Position numbers and translations under genes: made by a program. DNA of 64,000 nt from Felis catus (taxonomy: Eukaryota), in contig NC_058369.1 in NCBI RefSeq assembly GCF_018350175.1, forward strand, positions 11,038,001 to 11,102,000, given 5' to 3'. Below the pieces are notes generated by a model. It was not told the DNA's origin. It saw nothing but the letters and a program-made list of their open reading frames with translations, and searched no databases. Positions 25,065 through 38,000 of this stretch are shown here, one piece after another (the stretch's first letter is position 1; every line of letters begins with the position of its first letter).

Positions 25065-25681
25065 TGTAATGCCCGAAGTTCCGAAACCTCCCACAAAAGT
25101 CCACCAGAGTCGTAAGTCAAAGCCAAGCGGCAAGGGTCGTTTATTGCAGGTTCGAACCTGGTCCTCTGCGCACTCATCGCCGGTGATGCAAGAGGCCACG
25201 ATCAGGGTTGGTACAGGGTTTTTATAGACAGAGACAAATAGCACAGGGGAGGTTTCAAATTATGAGGGGCCTGATTAGTTGATTTTAAAGTAAGGACATT
25301 TGTTGTTCTCTGATTGGGCGTCCTTTGTCCGTCCTTTGGCGGGAAGGCTTTGTCCGTTACTTGTGGCGGGAGGAAAAAGGGGGAAGGGGGTAGGGTAGGT
25401 GAGGAATGTGCTAAGCAAGCAGGTTTACAGAAGCGAGAAATGCCGGTGAGTTTATGTACAATCACTCATTCCATTACATATCAGACTACATTTAGGAAGG
25501 TTTACAACCCACTCTACTACACGGCGGGTTACATTCAGGAAAGGCCTCACAATGCTCGTAGCAAACAGCAAGCAAAACAGACTTCTCAGCAATTGTATTT
25601 CTTATCAAAGATCCATAATAAGCAGAAAAGAGAACCTAGCTTTAAACTAAGGCAGGGCTGTCATTTGGATTGTTCCTTTCA
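25065..25681 (-). mobile_element. Young ERV1-class solo LTR with perfect 4-bp TSD
   Basis: TG...CA termini flanked by CTTA (25061-25064 and 25682-25685). Minus-strand CCAAT (~25315), TATAAAAA (~25220) and AATAAA (~25140); many CpGs retained. Confidence 0.88.
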
Positions 25682-25981
25682 CTTAGATAGTGCCTGACAC
25701 ATGGTCAGCACTCAATGTATATTCCTGAAATTCTTGAAGAACTTCTTAGTAAAACTGTAAAATATATGATCCCTTAGGAAAGAAGCTGATTGAAAAAAAC
25801 ACAGAGCATATCAGATATGTCCGGGTGCATTCCTGAAGGGGACCGTATCCACATACAACATATTAAAATGAATTTCTGGACTCCAAACTATAAAAGTAGT
25901 ATTTCAATTCTTTGACTAATGAAGGTTTGTGTGAAATGTACTCATGTTATTTCTTTCTTTCCAAGAAGCCACCTCCACCAC

Positions 25982-26935
25982 ATGGAATTGAGCAACAAAA
26001 CACAAATTTCAGAATTTTTTCTTCTGGGATTTTCAGAAGAACCAGAACTGCAGCCCCTCATATTTGGGCTTTTCCTCTCCATGTACCTGATCACTGTGTT
26101 TGGGAACCTGCTCATCCTCCTGGCCGTCAGCTCTGACTCCCGCCTCCACACCCCCATGTACTTCTTCCTGGCCAACCTGTCCTTTGTAGACATTTGCTTC
26201 ACCTCCACCACCGTCCCGAAGATGCTCTGGAACATCCAGACCCAGAGCAAAGTCATAACCTATGCAGGCTGCATCACACAAATGAACTTTTTCGTAACCT
26301 TTGCAGGGATGGACGACTTTCTCCTGGCTGTGATGGCCTATGACAGGTTTGTGGCCATCTGCCACCCCCTGCAATACACGGTCATCATGAACCCCCGGCT
26401 CTGTGGACTGCTGGTTCTGGTGTCCTGGATCATGAGTGTTCTGTATTCCTTGTTACAAACCTTAATGGTGTTGCGGCTGTCCTTCTGTACAGAGGTGGAA
26501 ATCCCCCACTTTTTCTGTGAACTCAATCAGATGATCCAACTTGCCTGTTCTGACGCCTTTCTTAATGACATGATGATGTATTTTGCAACTGTGCTGCTGG
26601 GTGGTGCTCCCCTGGCTGGGGTCCTTTACTCTTATTCTAAGATAGTTTCCTCCATACGTAGCATCTCATCAGCTCTGGGCAAGTATAAGGCATTTTCTAC
26701 CTGTGCATCTCACCTCTCGGTTGTCTCTCTATTTTATTGTACTGGCCTGGGAGTGTACCTCAGCTCTGCTGCTACCCAGAGCTCACACTCAAGTGCCACA
26801 GCCTCGGTGATGTACACAGTGGTCACGCCCATGCTGAACCCCTTCATCTACAGCCTGAGGAACAGAGACATAAAGGGCGCTCTGAGGAGATTCTCTGCAA
26901 TGGCAGCTATAAAAGGGCTAATTGCCTTGGGCTGA
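25982..26935 (+). CDS. Olfactory receptor, family 7 (OR7A-like), intact, 317 aa
   Basis: All OR motifs present. Start MELSNKT follows the acceptor aagaag (25963-25968). Confidence 0.95.
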   Translation: MELSNKTQISEFFLLGFSEEPELQPLIFGLFLSMYLITVFGNLLILLAVSSDSRLHTPMYFFLANLSFVDICFTSTTVPKMLWNIQTQSKVITYAGCITQMNFFVTFAGMDDFLLAVMAYDRFVAICHPLQYTVIMNPRLCGLLVLVSWIMSVLYSLLQTLMVLRLSFCTEVEIPHFFCELNQMIQLACSDAFLNDMMMYFATVLLGGAPLAGVLYSYSKIVSSIRSISSALGKYKAFSTCASHLSVVSLFYCTGLGVYLSSAATQSSHSSATASVMYTVVTPMLNPFIYSLRNRDIKGALRRFSAMAAIKGLIALG

Positions 26936-27339
26936 AGAATTTCCCATGACGGCTGGCCTAAGAGGTTTAGACTCAGAAGTTGTGATTTTTAAAGCAAATT
27001 CTGTACATAGAATTTGCTTCCTTATTTCCTGGAAGTTTTATTTTTTTTTTAACTACTCAGTACAATTTAGTCAGTCATTTATTAAATTTTTCCCTCTCTC
27101 TGATATCCAACAATTTTCCCTTCATTTTCTTTCTTTATTTCTAAATTGATTCCCAACCTGTGATATGGAAAAATTAGGAATTCCCATTTATCTCATTGAA
27201 TTGCTTGGGTTTCTTAAGAATAATTTCTTCCCAAATGACAAAAATCACCCCTTTCAAGATGTCTTTAGTTTTACTAAGAGAATAGACATTTGTTACCATT
27301 CTGATGGAAAAATTCAATTTGGTAAGTAAGCCATTTGTT

Positions 27340-27412
27340 CCTATCCTATCCTATCTTATCCTATCCCATTCTATTCTATTCTATTCTATTCTATTCTATT
27401 CCATTCTATTCT
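27340..27412. repeat. (CTATC)n/(CTATT)n pentanucleotide microsatellite
   Basis: Read directly from the sequence. Confidence 0.9.
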
Positions 27413-27677
27413 AAATCTGAGACCACAGTTTTTCACTTTGTGTTTGCCATTCCTTTGTGTATCTCTACCTGCTCTTCCTGATGAACATACTAGTGTGTTT
27501 CATAACAGGCCATTGGTTTTATTCTCCTAATTAGGATCCTGTTCTCTTCTGGCTGTATGGCTTCATGGCTGTGTCACCATTGCTTACATAGTCGCTGGCA
27601 AACTGATTATCAAATACTTGTCTACCAGTGGAGTCTACACGGAAAGGAAATTCGAATGAATAGAATGACTTACTATG

Positions 27678-28153
27678 CTTGTACCCCAATGTTTATAGCA
27701 GCACTTTAAACAATGACCAATGATGGAAAGAGCCTAAATGTCCATCAACTGACGAATGGATAAAGAAATTACGGTTTATATACACAATGGAATACTACGT
27801 GGCAATGAGAAAGAATGAAATCTGGCCTTTTGTGGCAACGTGGATGGAAGTGGAGAGTGTTATGCTAAGTGAAATAAGTCATACAGAGAAAGACAGATAC
27901 CTTATGTTTTCACTCTTATGTGGATCCTGAGAAACTTAACAGAAGACTATGGGGGAGGGAAAGAAAAAAAAAGGTTAGAGAGGGAGGGAGGCAAACCATC
28001 AGAGGGTCTTAAAAAGTGAGAATAAACTGAGGGTTGACGGAGGGGTGGGAGGGAGTGGAGGGTGGGTGATGGGTATTGAGGAGGGCACCTGTTGGGATGA
28101 GCACTGGGTGTTGTATGGAAACCAATCTGACAATAAATTTCATATTAAAAAAA
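27678..28153 (+). mobile_element. Young L1 3' fragment
   Basis: Felid-type L1 3'UTR with a perfect 16-bp TSD agaatgacttactatg (27662 and 28154). Confidence 0.93.
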
Positions 28154-28574
28154 AGAATGACTTACTATGGCCTTCAAGTCAAAGATGACCTCGATTATGA
28201 TAAAGCAAATTTTAAATTGTCCTTTGTATTAGTATGCACTACATTTCTTTTCAAGTTGTACATCTCCCAGTCAAGTATGGAATACCAGTGGCAATGTTTA
28301 AGGGCATTTATTTGCTGGGGTGAATGATGGGTTAACCTGTTACAAGCAAAACACTTATAAATGAAAACTATAAAATATTGCTGAAAGAAATTAAAGAAGA
28401 CATAAATAAATGGGATGGCATCCTGTGTTCCTGCTTTGAAATTTTAAGTTTTAAATTTAATTTTAGGATGGGCTTAAAAATTTTTCCCCAGCCCCCCCAT
28501 TTGTTATTTCCATAATGACATTCAATCTGTAGATTTTTTCGGTAGTGTTGACATCTTAACAACTTTAATTCTAA

Positions 28575-29280
28575 TTTAAATTTCTTCTAACACAGAAGCA
28601 CAACTTTGCTCTCAGACTGTGCCCCACAGACCAAGACCTGTAGCATCAACACCATGAGGGAGCTTGTTAGAGAAGCAGAGTTGCTGGGGCCCCTGGAGCC
28701 CTGATAAATCAGAATTTGCATTTTAACTACAGTCCCTGGTGAATTGTGTGCACAGTGAGGTTGGAGAAGCCTCAGTGGGGAACAGGTTTTCTCACCTTTT
28801 CACCATTGACCCTTGAAACTAGAAAATTCTTTTTGTTGGGTGCTGTCCTGTGGATGAAGGTATTCAGCAGAATCCCTTCAGACATGGACAAATATCCGCA
28901 GAGCAACGACTCTGGTCGAGAACCACTTCCCAGAGTTTCAGAACAGGAAGCATCCTGACATAATTCCAATTAAGACTACATCCCTACTTGGTTTATGCCT
29001 TTGAACAGAGCAAGAAAATCCTGTGAGCCCCATTTTTACAATATGGAGCTCATGAAAGTACTACTTCATAGATTGTACTTTTGTAAAAATTAAATCATAG
29101 AATTCCTTTAGTGTGCTCAGCTAGTCTATGCTGCATAAAATATAAATATGTCTCTTATCATTAATAAACACTCATCATGAAGGAATACATGACAGTTCTT
29201 ATGATCTAAATAACTTGTGATCTAAATATGAAATTCCTAATTGTTTTGGCTAAACTATCACAAAGCCAAAGAGTACAGTA
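28575..29280 (+). repeat. Partial duplication module C (MER5B/MER20/MIR), truncated before the promoter
   Basis: Homologous to 6840-7540; ends at the L1 tail at ~29281. Confidence 0.75.
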
Positions 29281-32160
29281 TTTTTCCTTTTAAAAAATGT
29301 ACTTATTTAAGTTCAGTTCGTTAACACACAGTGCAGTATTAGTTTCAAGAAGAGAACCCATTGATTCATCACTTACATACAACTCTCATTGCTCCCCACA
29401 AGTGCCCTCCTTAATGCCCATCACCCATTTAGCCCATCCCGCCCCAAACACCTCTCTAGCAACCCTCAGTTTGTTCTCTTTATTTATCTCTTACAGTTTG
29501 CCTCTCTGTCCTTTTTTATCTTATTTTTCCTTCCCCTGCCCTATGTTCATGTTTTGTTCATCTTAAATTCCACATATAAGTGAAATCATATGATATCTGT
29601 CTTTTCTGACTTATTTCACTTAGCATAATACACTCTAGTCCATCCATATTGTGCAACTGGCAAGATTTCATTCCTTTTGATTGCTGAGTAATATTCCACT
29701 GTGTGTGTGTGTGTGTGTGTGTGTGTGCACTGTATGTATACATAAATCTTTATCCGTTCATCAGTTGATGGATATTTGGGTTCTTTCTAAAATTTGGCTA
29801 TTGTTGATAGTGCTGCTATAAACATTGGGGTACATGTGCCCTCTGAATCAGCATTTTTGTATCCTTTGGATAAATACCTAGTTGCACAATTTCTGGATCA
29901 GAGGGTATCTCTATTTTTAATGTTTTGAGCGATCTCCATGCCGTTTTCCAGAGTGGCTGCACCAGGTTGCATTTGCATCAGCAGTGCAACGTGTTGTGAT
30001 TTTGATTTCTGTTTTCCTGATGATGAGTGATGCTGAGCATCTTTTCATGTGCCTGTTAGTCATTGGGATGTCTTCTTTGGAAAAGTATCTGCTCATGTCT
30101 TTTGTCCACTCCTTCACTGCATTATTTGTTTATTGGGTGTTGAGTTTGTTAAGTTTTCTGTAGATTTTGGATACTAACCCTTTATCCAATATGTCATTTG
30201 CAAATAAATATCTTCTCTATTCTGTCAGTTGCCATTTAGTTTTCCTGATTGTTTCCCTCACTGTGCAAAAGCTTTTTATCTTGATGAGGTCCCAATAGTT
30301 CATTTTTGCTTTTGTTACCCTTCCCTCTCCAGAAAAGGGTCTAGTAAGAAGTTGCTGCGGCCAAGGTCAAAGAGGTTGCTATCTGTTTTCTCCTCTGGGA
30401 TTTTGATGGTTTCCTGTCTTACATTTAGGTCTGACATCCATTTTGAGGGTGTGTGTGTGTGTGTGTGTGTGTGTGGTTAAGAACATGGTCCAGGTTCATT
30501 CTTCTGTATGCCACTGTCCAGTTTTCCCAACACCATTTGCTGAAGAGACTTTCTTTTTTCCATTGGATATTCTTTCCTGCTTTGTCAAAGATTAGCTGGC
30601 CATACATTTGTGGGTCCATTTCTGGGTTCTCTATTCTGTTCCACTGATCTATGTGTCTGTGTTTGTGCCAGGACCATACTGTCTTCATTATTACAGCTTT
30701 GTCATACAGCTTGAAGTCCAGAATTGTGATGCCTCCTGCTTCGTTTTTCTTTTTCAAGATTGCTTTGTCTATTTGGGTCTTTTCTGGTTTCATACATATT
30801 TTTAAAGTGTTTGTTCTAGCTCTGTGAAGAATTCTGGTGTTATTTTGAATTTTTTTTGAAATTTTTTTAGTGTTTATTTTTAGAGAGAGAGAGAGACAGA
30901 GTGTGAGTGGGGGAAGGTCACAGAGAGAGGGAGACACAGAATCTGAAACAGGCTCCAGGCTCTGAGCTGTCAGCACAGAGACCAACGTGGGGCTCAAACC
31001 TACAAGCTGTGAAATCATGACCTGAGCCGAAGTCAGACGCTTAACTGACTGAGCCATCCAGGTGCCCCAAATGCTGGTGTTATTTTGATAGGGATTGCAT
31101 TGAATGTGTAGATTGCTTTGGGTAGTATCGGCATTTTAACAATATTTCTTTTCCAATCCATGAACATGGAATGGTTTTTCTATTTCTTTGTGTCTTCTTT
31201 GATTTCTTTCATAAACTTTCTAAAGTTTCAGCATACAGATTTTTTACCTCTTTGGTTAGTTTATTCCTATATATTTTATTTATTTATATTTTTTGGTGCA
31301 ATTGTAATGGGATTGATTCCTTGATTTGTCTTTCTGCTGCTTCAATATTAGCATAAAGAACTGAAACCAATTTCTGCACATTGATTTTGTATCTTGCAAC
31401 TTTGCTGAATTCATGCATCAGTTCTAGCAGTTTTCTGGGTTAGGGGAGGCTTTCAGGTTTTCCATGTCATCTGCGAAGAGTAAAAGTTTGACTTCATCCT
31501 TGCCAGTTTTGATGCCTTTTATTTCTTTGTGTTATCTGATTGCTGAGGCCGGGACTTCCAACACTATGTTGAATAACAGTGGTGAGTGGACATCCCTGTC
31601 ACGTTCCTGACCTTAGGGGGGAATTCTCAGTTTTTCCCCACTGAGGATGATATTCTGTGGGTCTTTTGTGTATGGCCTTTATAATCTTGAAATATGTTCC
31701 TTCTATCCCTGCTTTCTTGTGGGTTTTTATCAAGAAGGGATGCTGTATTTTGTCAAATGTTTTTTCTGCATCTACTGAGAGGATCATGTGGTTCTTATCC
31801 TTTCTTTCATTAATGTGATGTATTACATTGGTTTGTTTGTGGGTATTGAACCACGCTTGCGGCCCAGAAATAAATCCCAAGTAATCGTGGTGAATAATTC
31901 TTTTAATGAATTGTTGGATTTGGTTTGTTAGTATCTTGTTGAACATTTTTGCCATGTTCATAAGGGAGACTGGTCTGTAATTCTCATTTTTAGTGGGGTT
32001 CCTGTTTGGTTTGGGGATCAAGGTAATGCTGGCTTCATAGAATAACTTTGGAAGTTTTCCTTCCATTTCTATTTTTGGAACTGCTTCAAAAGAATAGGTA
32101 TTAACTCTTCTTTAAATGTTGGGTAGAATTCCCCTGGGAAGATATTAGGCCCTGGGAAAT
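29281..32160 (-). mobile_element. 5'-truncated L1 with an internal deletion and a Can-SINE insertion (30845-31068)
   Basis: Minus-strand ORF2 RT fragments (31599..32066 [12 protein letters not shown]..; 30425..31057 AGGITILDFKLY..). Confidence 0.92.
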
Positions 32161-32804
32161 GTCTTTTTCACCCAGAAGCCTAGGGGGAAACATTTACAGA
32201 GCTGTTACGTTGTGTTTGGTTAAAACTGTTAAGCTGGTAGCCAAAGGGTTTCTCTGAATTTGCTGGCAGGAAAGCAAGTATTACAAGACTAAAGAAGAAC
32301 CCGAAGGGAGCTGTGTTATAATAATTGATATTCTTTAACTCAGGGTTTCCCAGTCTCTGCACTATGGGCATCCTGCCCAGAGCCTGCCCTGTGGTGGGGA
32401 GCATCCTGTGCACTGTAAGGTGTTCAGAGCATCCCTGACCTCCGTGCACCCCTCTCCAGTGTGACAGGCAAAGCTGTCTGCAGACCTTGATGAGTGTACC
32501 CCAGGGAACATAATCACACCTGATTAGAATTTGACAACCTTAACATATTTTTCTAGCATTGCTATAATAGCAATTTAATCATAAAGAATATAAAAGACCA
32601 TTAAAGTGTCAGTAGCATTCACTCTGTGAGAGTGACATAAATACTACTGAATACCATTGAATAAATACCCTAATTAGGTAAGCAAATAAACACAGTGATC
32701 ACTTGCTCTGGGATAAGTTGAATTGGTTCTCAGGTGATGACGGGTTAATGTTCTCGGCTTCCGTTCTCTCTGACCCTCTCATCCATGGGGCACTGGGGTG
32801 TTCA

Positions 32805-33150
32805 ACTCACCAGGCTGGGGTATTTGATAGGAAGGTCTCCTTGTGGAAGTCTGAATTCCTCCCTGGATGAAGATGATAGGGTCTAAAGTACTGTCCTCAG
32901 CCGAGGCAGCGGGGAGGCAGTGACGCATCAGTCCCCAGCCAGAATTAGGACTCAGAGCAAACAGACAAAAATCATGCCCCTTCCTGTCGAAGGTCGCACA
33001 GGCTGACAGACAGGAACCAGAAGGTATTTACAGCTCCCTATATTTACTCATTAGGCACATTTCCCTCTTGTGACTCCAACCGCTAAGCACATGATTCCCA
33101 AGTGGAAAACTGCTCTGGACATAAAGGATTTTTTTTCCTGGTAATCCCAG
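32805..33150 (-). promoter_or_regulatory. Orphan minus-strand OR promoter and first exon
   Basis: TAATGA on the minus strand (33048-33053), gctgtaaata, and an intact donor CTG|GTGAGT (32805-32810). No downstream minus-strand OR CDS. Confidence 0.62.
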
Positions 33151-33357
33151 TTAAAGATCAAGTGAATACATAAAGAATATTTCACTCATTTTCCCATAAC
33201 CTGCCCCCTCCTGCTGTGTAAATCTTCCACTATGTTATCTCAACTCTGAGTTACACTTTTCTCCAAGTCTAAGACAGAGGAACCTCCTGGACTGGGTGTG
33301 TTATCAAATCATTAACTTATCTTGGGACCCAACTCTGTTGTTTCCAGTGTCTAACAA

Positions 33358-33362
33358 CTTTT

Positions 33363-33401
<39 letters not shown>

Positions 33402-33560
33402 GCTGGAGAGGGGAAATGAGAGGGGGAGAGAGAGAATACCAAGCAAGCTCCATTCTGAATGCAGAGCCCAACAAGGAGCTCGATCTCATGAACCATGAGA
33501 TCATGACCTAAGCCAAAGTCAGGAGTCAGATGCTCAACCGACTAAACCACCCAGGTGACA
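33358..33560 (-). mobile_element. Can-SINE
   Basis: (GA)n tract and SINE head on the minus strand. Confidence 0.88.
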
Positions 33561-34454
33561 CAATGTCTATTCTTTTTAATAAGGGAGAGAACTGGGTTCT
33601 TCTGATAATAAACCTTGGGCATTGTACACATTGGCTTCAAGACATTTTGGCCGTCACGATTACAAATTTTTTACTTTATCAAAAGTTAAAAGCTGGCATT
33701 TGGTCCCTTCTTATAAAATGATGTTAATGATAACAGATATATTTACATCTTTTTAATGTACTACAGTGTGGGCTTAACTTTTCATAGGGATTGTTTCATT
33801 TAATTTTTGCAAACATTTTATCCCCAAGGAAGCACATTTAAGAACTCCATTCTACATTATAGAAATTGTGCATGGCGGTGTCTAGTCATCTGTCTAAATT
33901 AATATCTGAGTATGTGGTTGCTTTGAGTTCGATTCTGTCCGTATGTTTCTAGTTCTCCAACTGGGGCAGTGGTTCCCAGCCAGAAATGAATTTTCCCTGA
34001 GGATGTCTGGCAATGTCTGAAGGGATGTTGCTAAACACACACAACCCCAGGAAAGCGCCCAAAAATATTATCCTGCCACAAATGTCAACCACAAAAGGTG
34101 AGAAACCCATCCAGACCAGCATTTCTCCAGCTTCAATGTGCCTGTGAATCCACACAGATCCCCCTCCAAATGCAGAATCTGATCACACATCCTGGGTGGC
34201 CCAGAGATTCTGCATTTCTAGCAAGCTCCTGGGTGATGCTAATGTGTGGGTCAAGGTCTGCGGACCACCCTTTGATTAGCAAGGAGGTGATCTTGTGTTA
34301 GGGATAGGCGTAGGTAGTTTTAAGTCTTCTGCACCGGATATTGTCATTGCAGGTAATTTTGAAGGAGCAGTGTTTTTGCTCATTCTTCGGGTTGTGCAAA
34401 TTCTACGTTAACTGCTTTCACAAGTGACCAAAATAATATCGTTATGAAAAATAC

Positions 34455-34955
34455 TGTGTAGTTGGCAGATGAAGGCCCTCCCAAATATCTCCACATCATA
34501 ATCCCCAGTACTTTAACATGTTATTTTTATAGCAAAGAAGGATTAAGATGGCAGATTGAACAGGGCTGCTAATCAGCTGCCATTCAGATAAAAGGATTGG
34601 CTGTGATTGTCCAGGTGGGGCTAAGGTTATCACGATGGTCTCCCAAATGTTGAGGAAGGAGACAAAAGAGTTGGTGTCACAGAGACTTTGAAAATGCTAC
34701 CGTGTTGGCTCTGAAAGTGGAGGAAGAGCCATGAACCAAGAACTGCAGGTGACCAGCGACAGAGACTGCAAATGGAAAGGAAACAAGATTCTCCCCAGAG
34801 CCTCTAGAAGGAACTCAACCCTGCGGACATCTTGCCATTACCCCGACGAGACTCCTTCCAACCTTCTGACTCCAGAACTGTAAGTAAGAGTGTGTATGTG
34901 TTTGTTTTAAGCAGCTAGCGTAGCGATGTTTTACAGCGGCAGGAGGAATCTCATA
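34455..34955 (+). mobile_element. MLT1D/E-like LTR (inverted module D)
   Basis: tgtagttggcaga..ggccctcccaaatatctccacatcataatcccc, which is an MLT1 5' end. Confidence 0.78.
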
Positions 34956-35091
34956 CAAACATTGTCAGTAGAATTATATGAGGAAACCAAGTTTAAGCCT
35001 CTCAATTCTCTCATCAGCTTCCCTTGCATAAGGGCAGATGACATTAAAAATCCACAGTAAGTAGGAAGGAATTTTTAAATTGATTTGGAGA

Positions 35092-38000
35092 CTGGAAGGG
35101 ATCAAAATGGCAGAGCAGCATGGAGATCCTGAGCTTGTCTTGTCCCTGAAACGCAGCTAGATCAGCACCAAACCGTTTCGAACACAGGAAATCGATCTGA
35201 AGATTAACATAATGTTCTGCATAACTTGTGCCACAGAATTTGGCAGGTACCTGGTGCAGAAAGGTGAACTGGGGGAGAGAAAAGCCACAGGAGGGAGAGA
35301 GCTGTTTTTGCAGAGAGGGGACAGAGAGAGAAAGGAGGAGAATGCAGGAAAAGCACTCCCCTGAAAGTAGCTGGAGAGCAAGAATGAAAACACTCGCAGG
35401 GGACTGAACAAGAAATCTGTTCCCCAAAACCACTGGCAGGGAGAAAGGAAAGGGTTTCAATACCACCAGATTCTATAAACAATGGAGCACAGAGTCTGAA
35501 GTTTGGGAGCTCAGTTCCTGGCAGTGCTCTGGTAAGGAAATAGGTTGAATCCCCAGGAGCAAGGAGCAGGGTCTGAAGGGTCTGTGTGACACATGGGGAG
35601 AAGTTCCCCTGCTGGGGGGCCATTCAGTAGAGGCCATATGGCCTCCCCACAGGCAAAAGTCCCAGCGGACCATGGGGAGCAGCCGCGTTTGCCGGTATTA
35701 GGACAAAGATGCCAGAGTGCAGTGAAACCTGGCACTGGCTGTGTGTTGTGATTTACCATCATCTCTGAACCTCTGCTGCTGTGCAATCAAATGAACATTT
35801 TCTGGGGCAAGCTAACACCCACCCATTTGTCAGCAAGATCCTCCCTCAGAGATTTCACCCGGGTCCAAGCTTCAGGGGTTTCTGAGGTGTGGGGATGTGA
35901 AACACAACCACCTCTGAGATAAAACTCTAGAGGAAGGTGTTGCCCAGCAGGCGGACAGGTTGGACACAGACAGCGCAGAGGTGGGGAGTGGATGGAGACC
36001 TGAGACAAAGGAGGGGTGCTCGATCCCAGGTTAATGAGAGCATAAAGTTGGTAGGGAGCTGGGTGAACCCATTTCCACCTCCCCTGTGCAGGCACATGGA
36101 TCCACTCCAGTAAGCTAAGCAACACTGCCTACTGGAGATAGAAGCCATTACACCAAGCCCCACCAAATGGTGCCCTCCAAGCACATCCCATAGAAGACCA
36201 GAACAAGTCACTCCACTGCTTAGAGTATAGACTGTAGAGGGCTCCTTAGTTTCACTTCTAGGGGAAATTGGACATAACTTCACGTGAGTTTCATTCTGTT
36301 TGCTGGTTCATTTTTTGGTTCATTTCCTTTGCTTCTGTTGTTTAAATTATTTTCTCTTTCTTTCATGGATACAGAAAGAGAAAAATTTATCTTTCTTACT
36401 TATTTTTTTAACTTTTTACTCTATTTCATTTTCTTTATTTAACTATTTTTATATAAATTTCTTTAGTTTCCATTCTTTTCTTACTTTTTTCCTTCCCTTT
36501 TTTCTCTATTCAATCAAGCTAGTTTCAACAAACAGACCAAAACACACTTAACTACCTTCCTTTATGATTTTTTGTTCTGTTTTTAACTTTTTTAATTTTA
36601 TTAATATTTTTCTCCCTCCAAAACAACAAAATGAAGGAATTCACCCCAAAAAAAGAACAGGAAGAAATGACAGCAAGGTGCTTGATCAATACAGATATAA
36701 GCAAGAGGTTAAAACTAGAATTTAGAACCATGATAATAAGAATGCTAGCTGCAGTTGAAATAACCATAGAATCAGTTTCTGTGGAGATACAAGAATAAAA
36801 TCCAGACAGGATGAAATTAAAATGCTATAATCAAGATGCAATTTCAAACGGATGCCATGATGAAAAGGATGGATGAAGCAGAACACTGAATGAGTGATAT
36901 AGAAGATAAAATTATGGAGAATAATGAATCAGAAAAAAAGGAGGGAAACAAAGGCAAAAGTTCATGATTCAAGACTTAGAGAACTCAGTGACTTATTGCA
37001 AAGGAATACCATCTGAATCATAGGAGTCCCAAAAGATGAAGAGAGAGAAAAGGGAGCAGAAGATTTATGTGAGTAAATTATAATGGAAAACTTCCCTAAT
37101 CTGGGGGAGAACACAGACATTAAAATCCAAGAAGCACAGTGAACTCCCATTAGATTCCACAAAAACTGAACATCAACAAGGCATATCATAGTCAAATTCA
37201 AAAAATACATAGACATGGAAAGAATCATGAAAGCATCAAGGTAAAAAAAAAAATCCTTAACCTATAAGGGAAGACAGATCAGGTTCACAGTAGACCTATC
37301 CACATAGACATAGCAGTTCAGAAAGGAGGCAGTAAATATGCAATATGCTGAATCAGAAAATTATGCAGCCAAAAAATTATTTATCCAGTCAGGCAACCAT
37401 TCAAAATAGGAGAGATAAAAACTTTCCCAGAAAAACAAAAACTAACGGAGTTCATGGCCACTAAAACAGCACTGCAGGAAATTTTAAAGGGAACTCTTGA
37501 GTGAATAAAAGACAAAAGAAAACAAAAGGATTAAAAGCAACAAAGTCTAGAAAAGACCAGAAAACCTCACTAGAAAAACACCAACTCTACAGGCAAGAGA
37601 ATGGCACTAAAATCACATCTTTCAGTACTCACTCTAAATGTCAATGGACTAAATGCTCCAATCAAAAGACACTGGGTACCAGAATGAATAAGAAACCAAG
37701 ACCCATATATGCTGCTTACAAAAGACTTGTTTTAGACCCAAATACACCTGCAGATTGAAAGTAAGGAGATGGAGAACCATCTATCATGCTAATGGTCATC
37801 AAAAGAAAGCTGGAGTAGTCATACTCGTGTCATACAAACTAGATTTTAAAGTAAAGGCTGTAACAAGAGATGATGAATATCATAATTCAGGACTGTATCC
37901 ACCAAGAAGATACAACAATTGTAAATATTTATGCCCCCAAAGTGGAAGAAACCACATATATAAATCAATTAATCACAAACAGAAAGAAACTCATTGATAA

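Larger units (their letters stand above)
32161..35090 (-). repeat. Inverted duplication module D (MLT1, MER5B, MER20, promoter, exon 1, intron start)
   Basis: Reverse complement aligns collinearly with ~17105-20440 (e.g. 32161 gtctttttcacccagaagcctag vs 20420 ctaggctgctgggtgtaggagac). Confidence 0.9.

Noticed and set aside
35078..35089. attgatttgga shared with 41808 as a TSD of the large L1
   Set aside because: The second copy lies inside the L1 3'UTR before the tail, so it cannot be a TSD.
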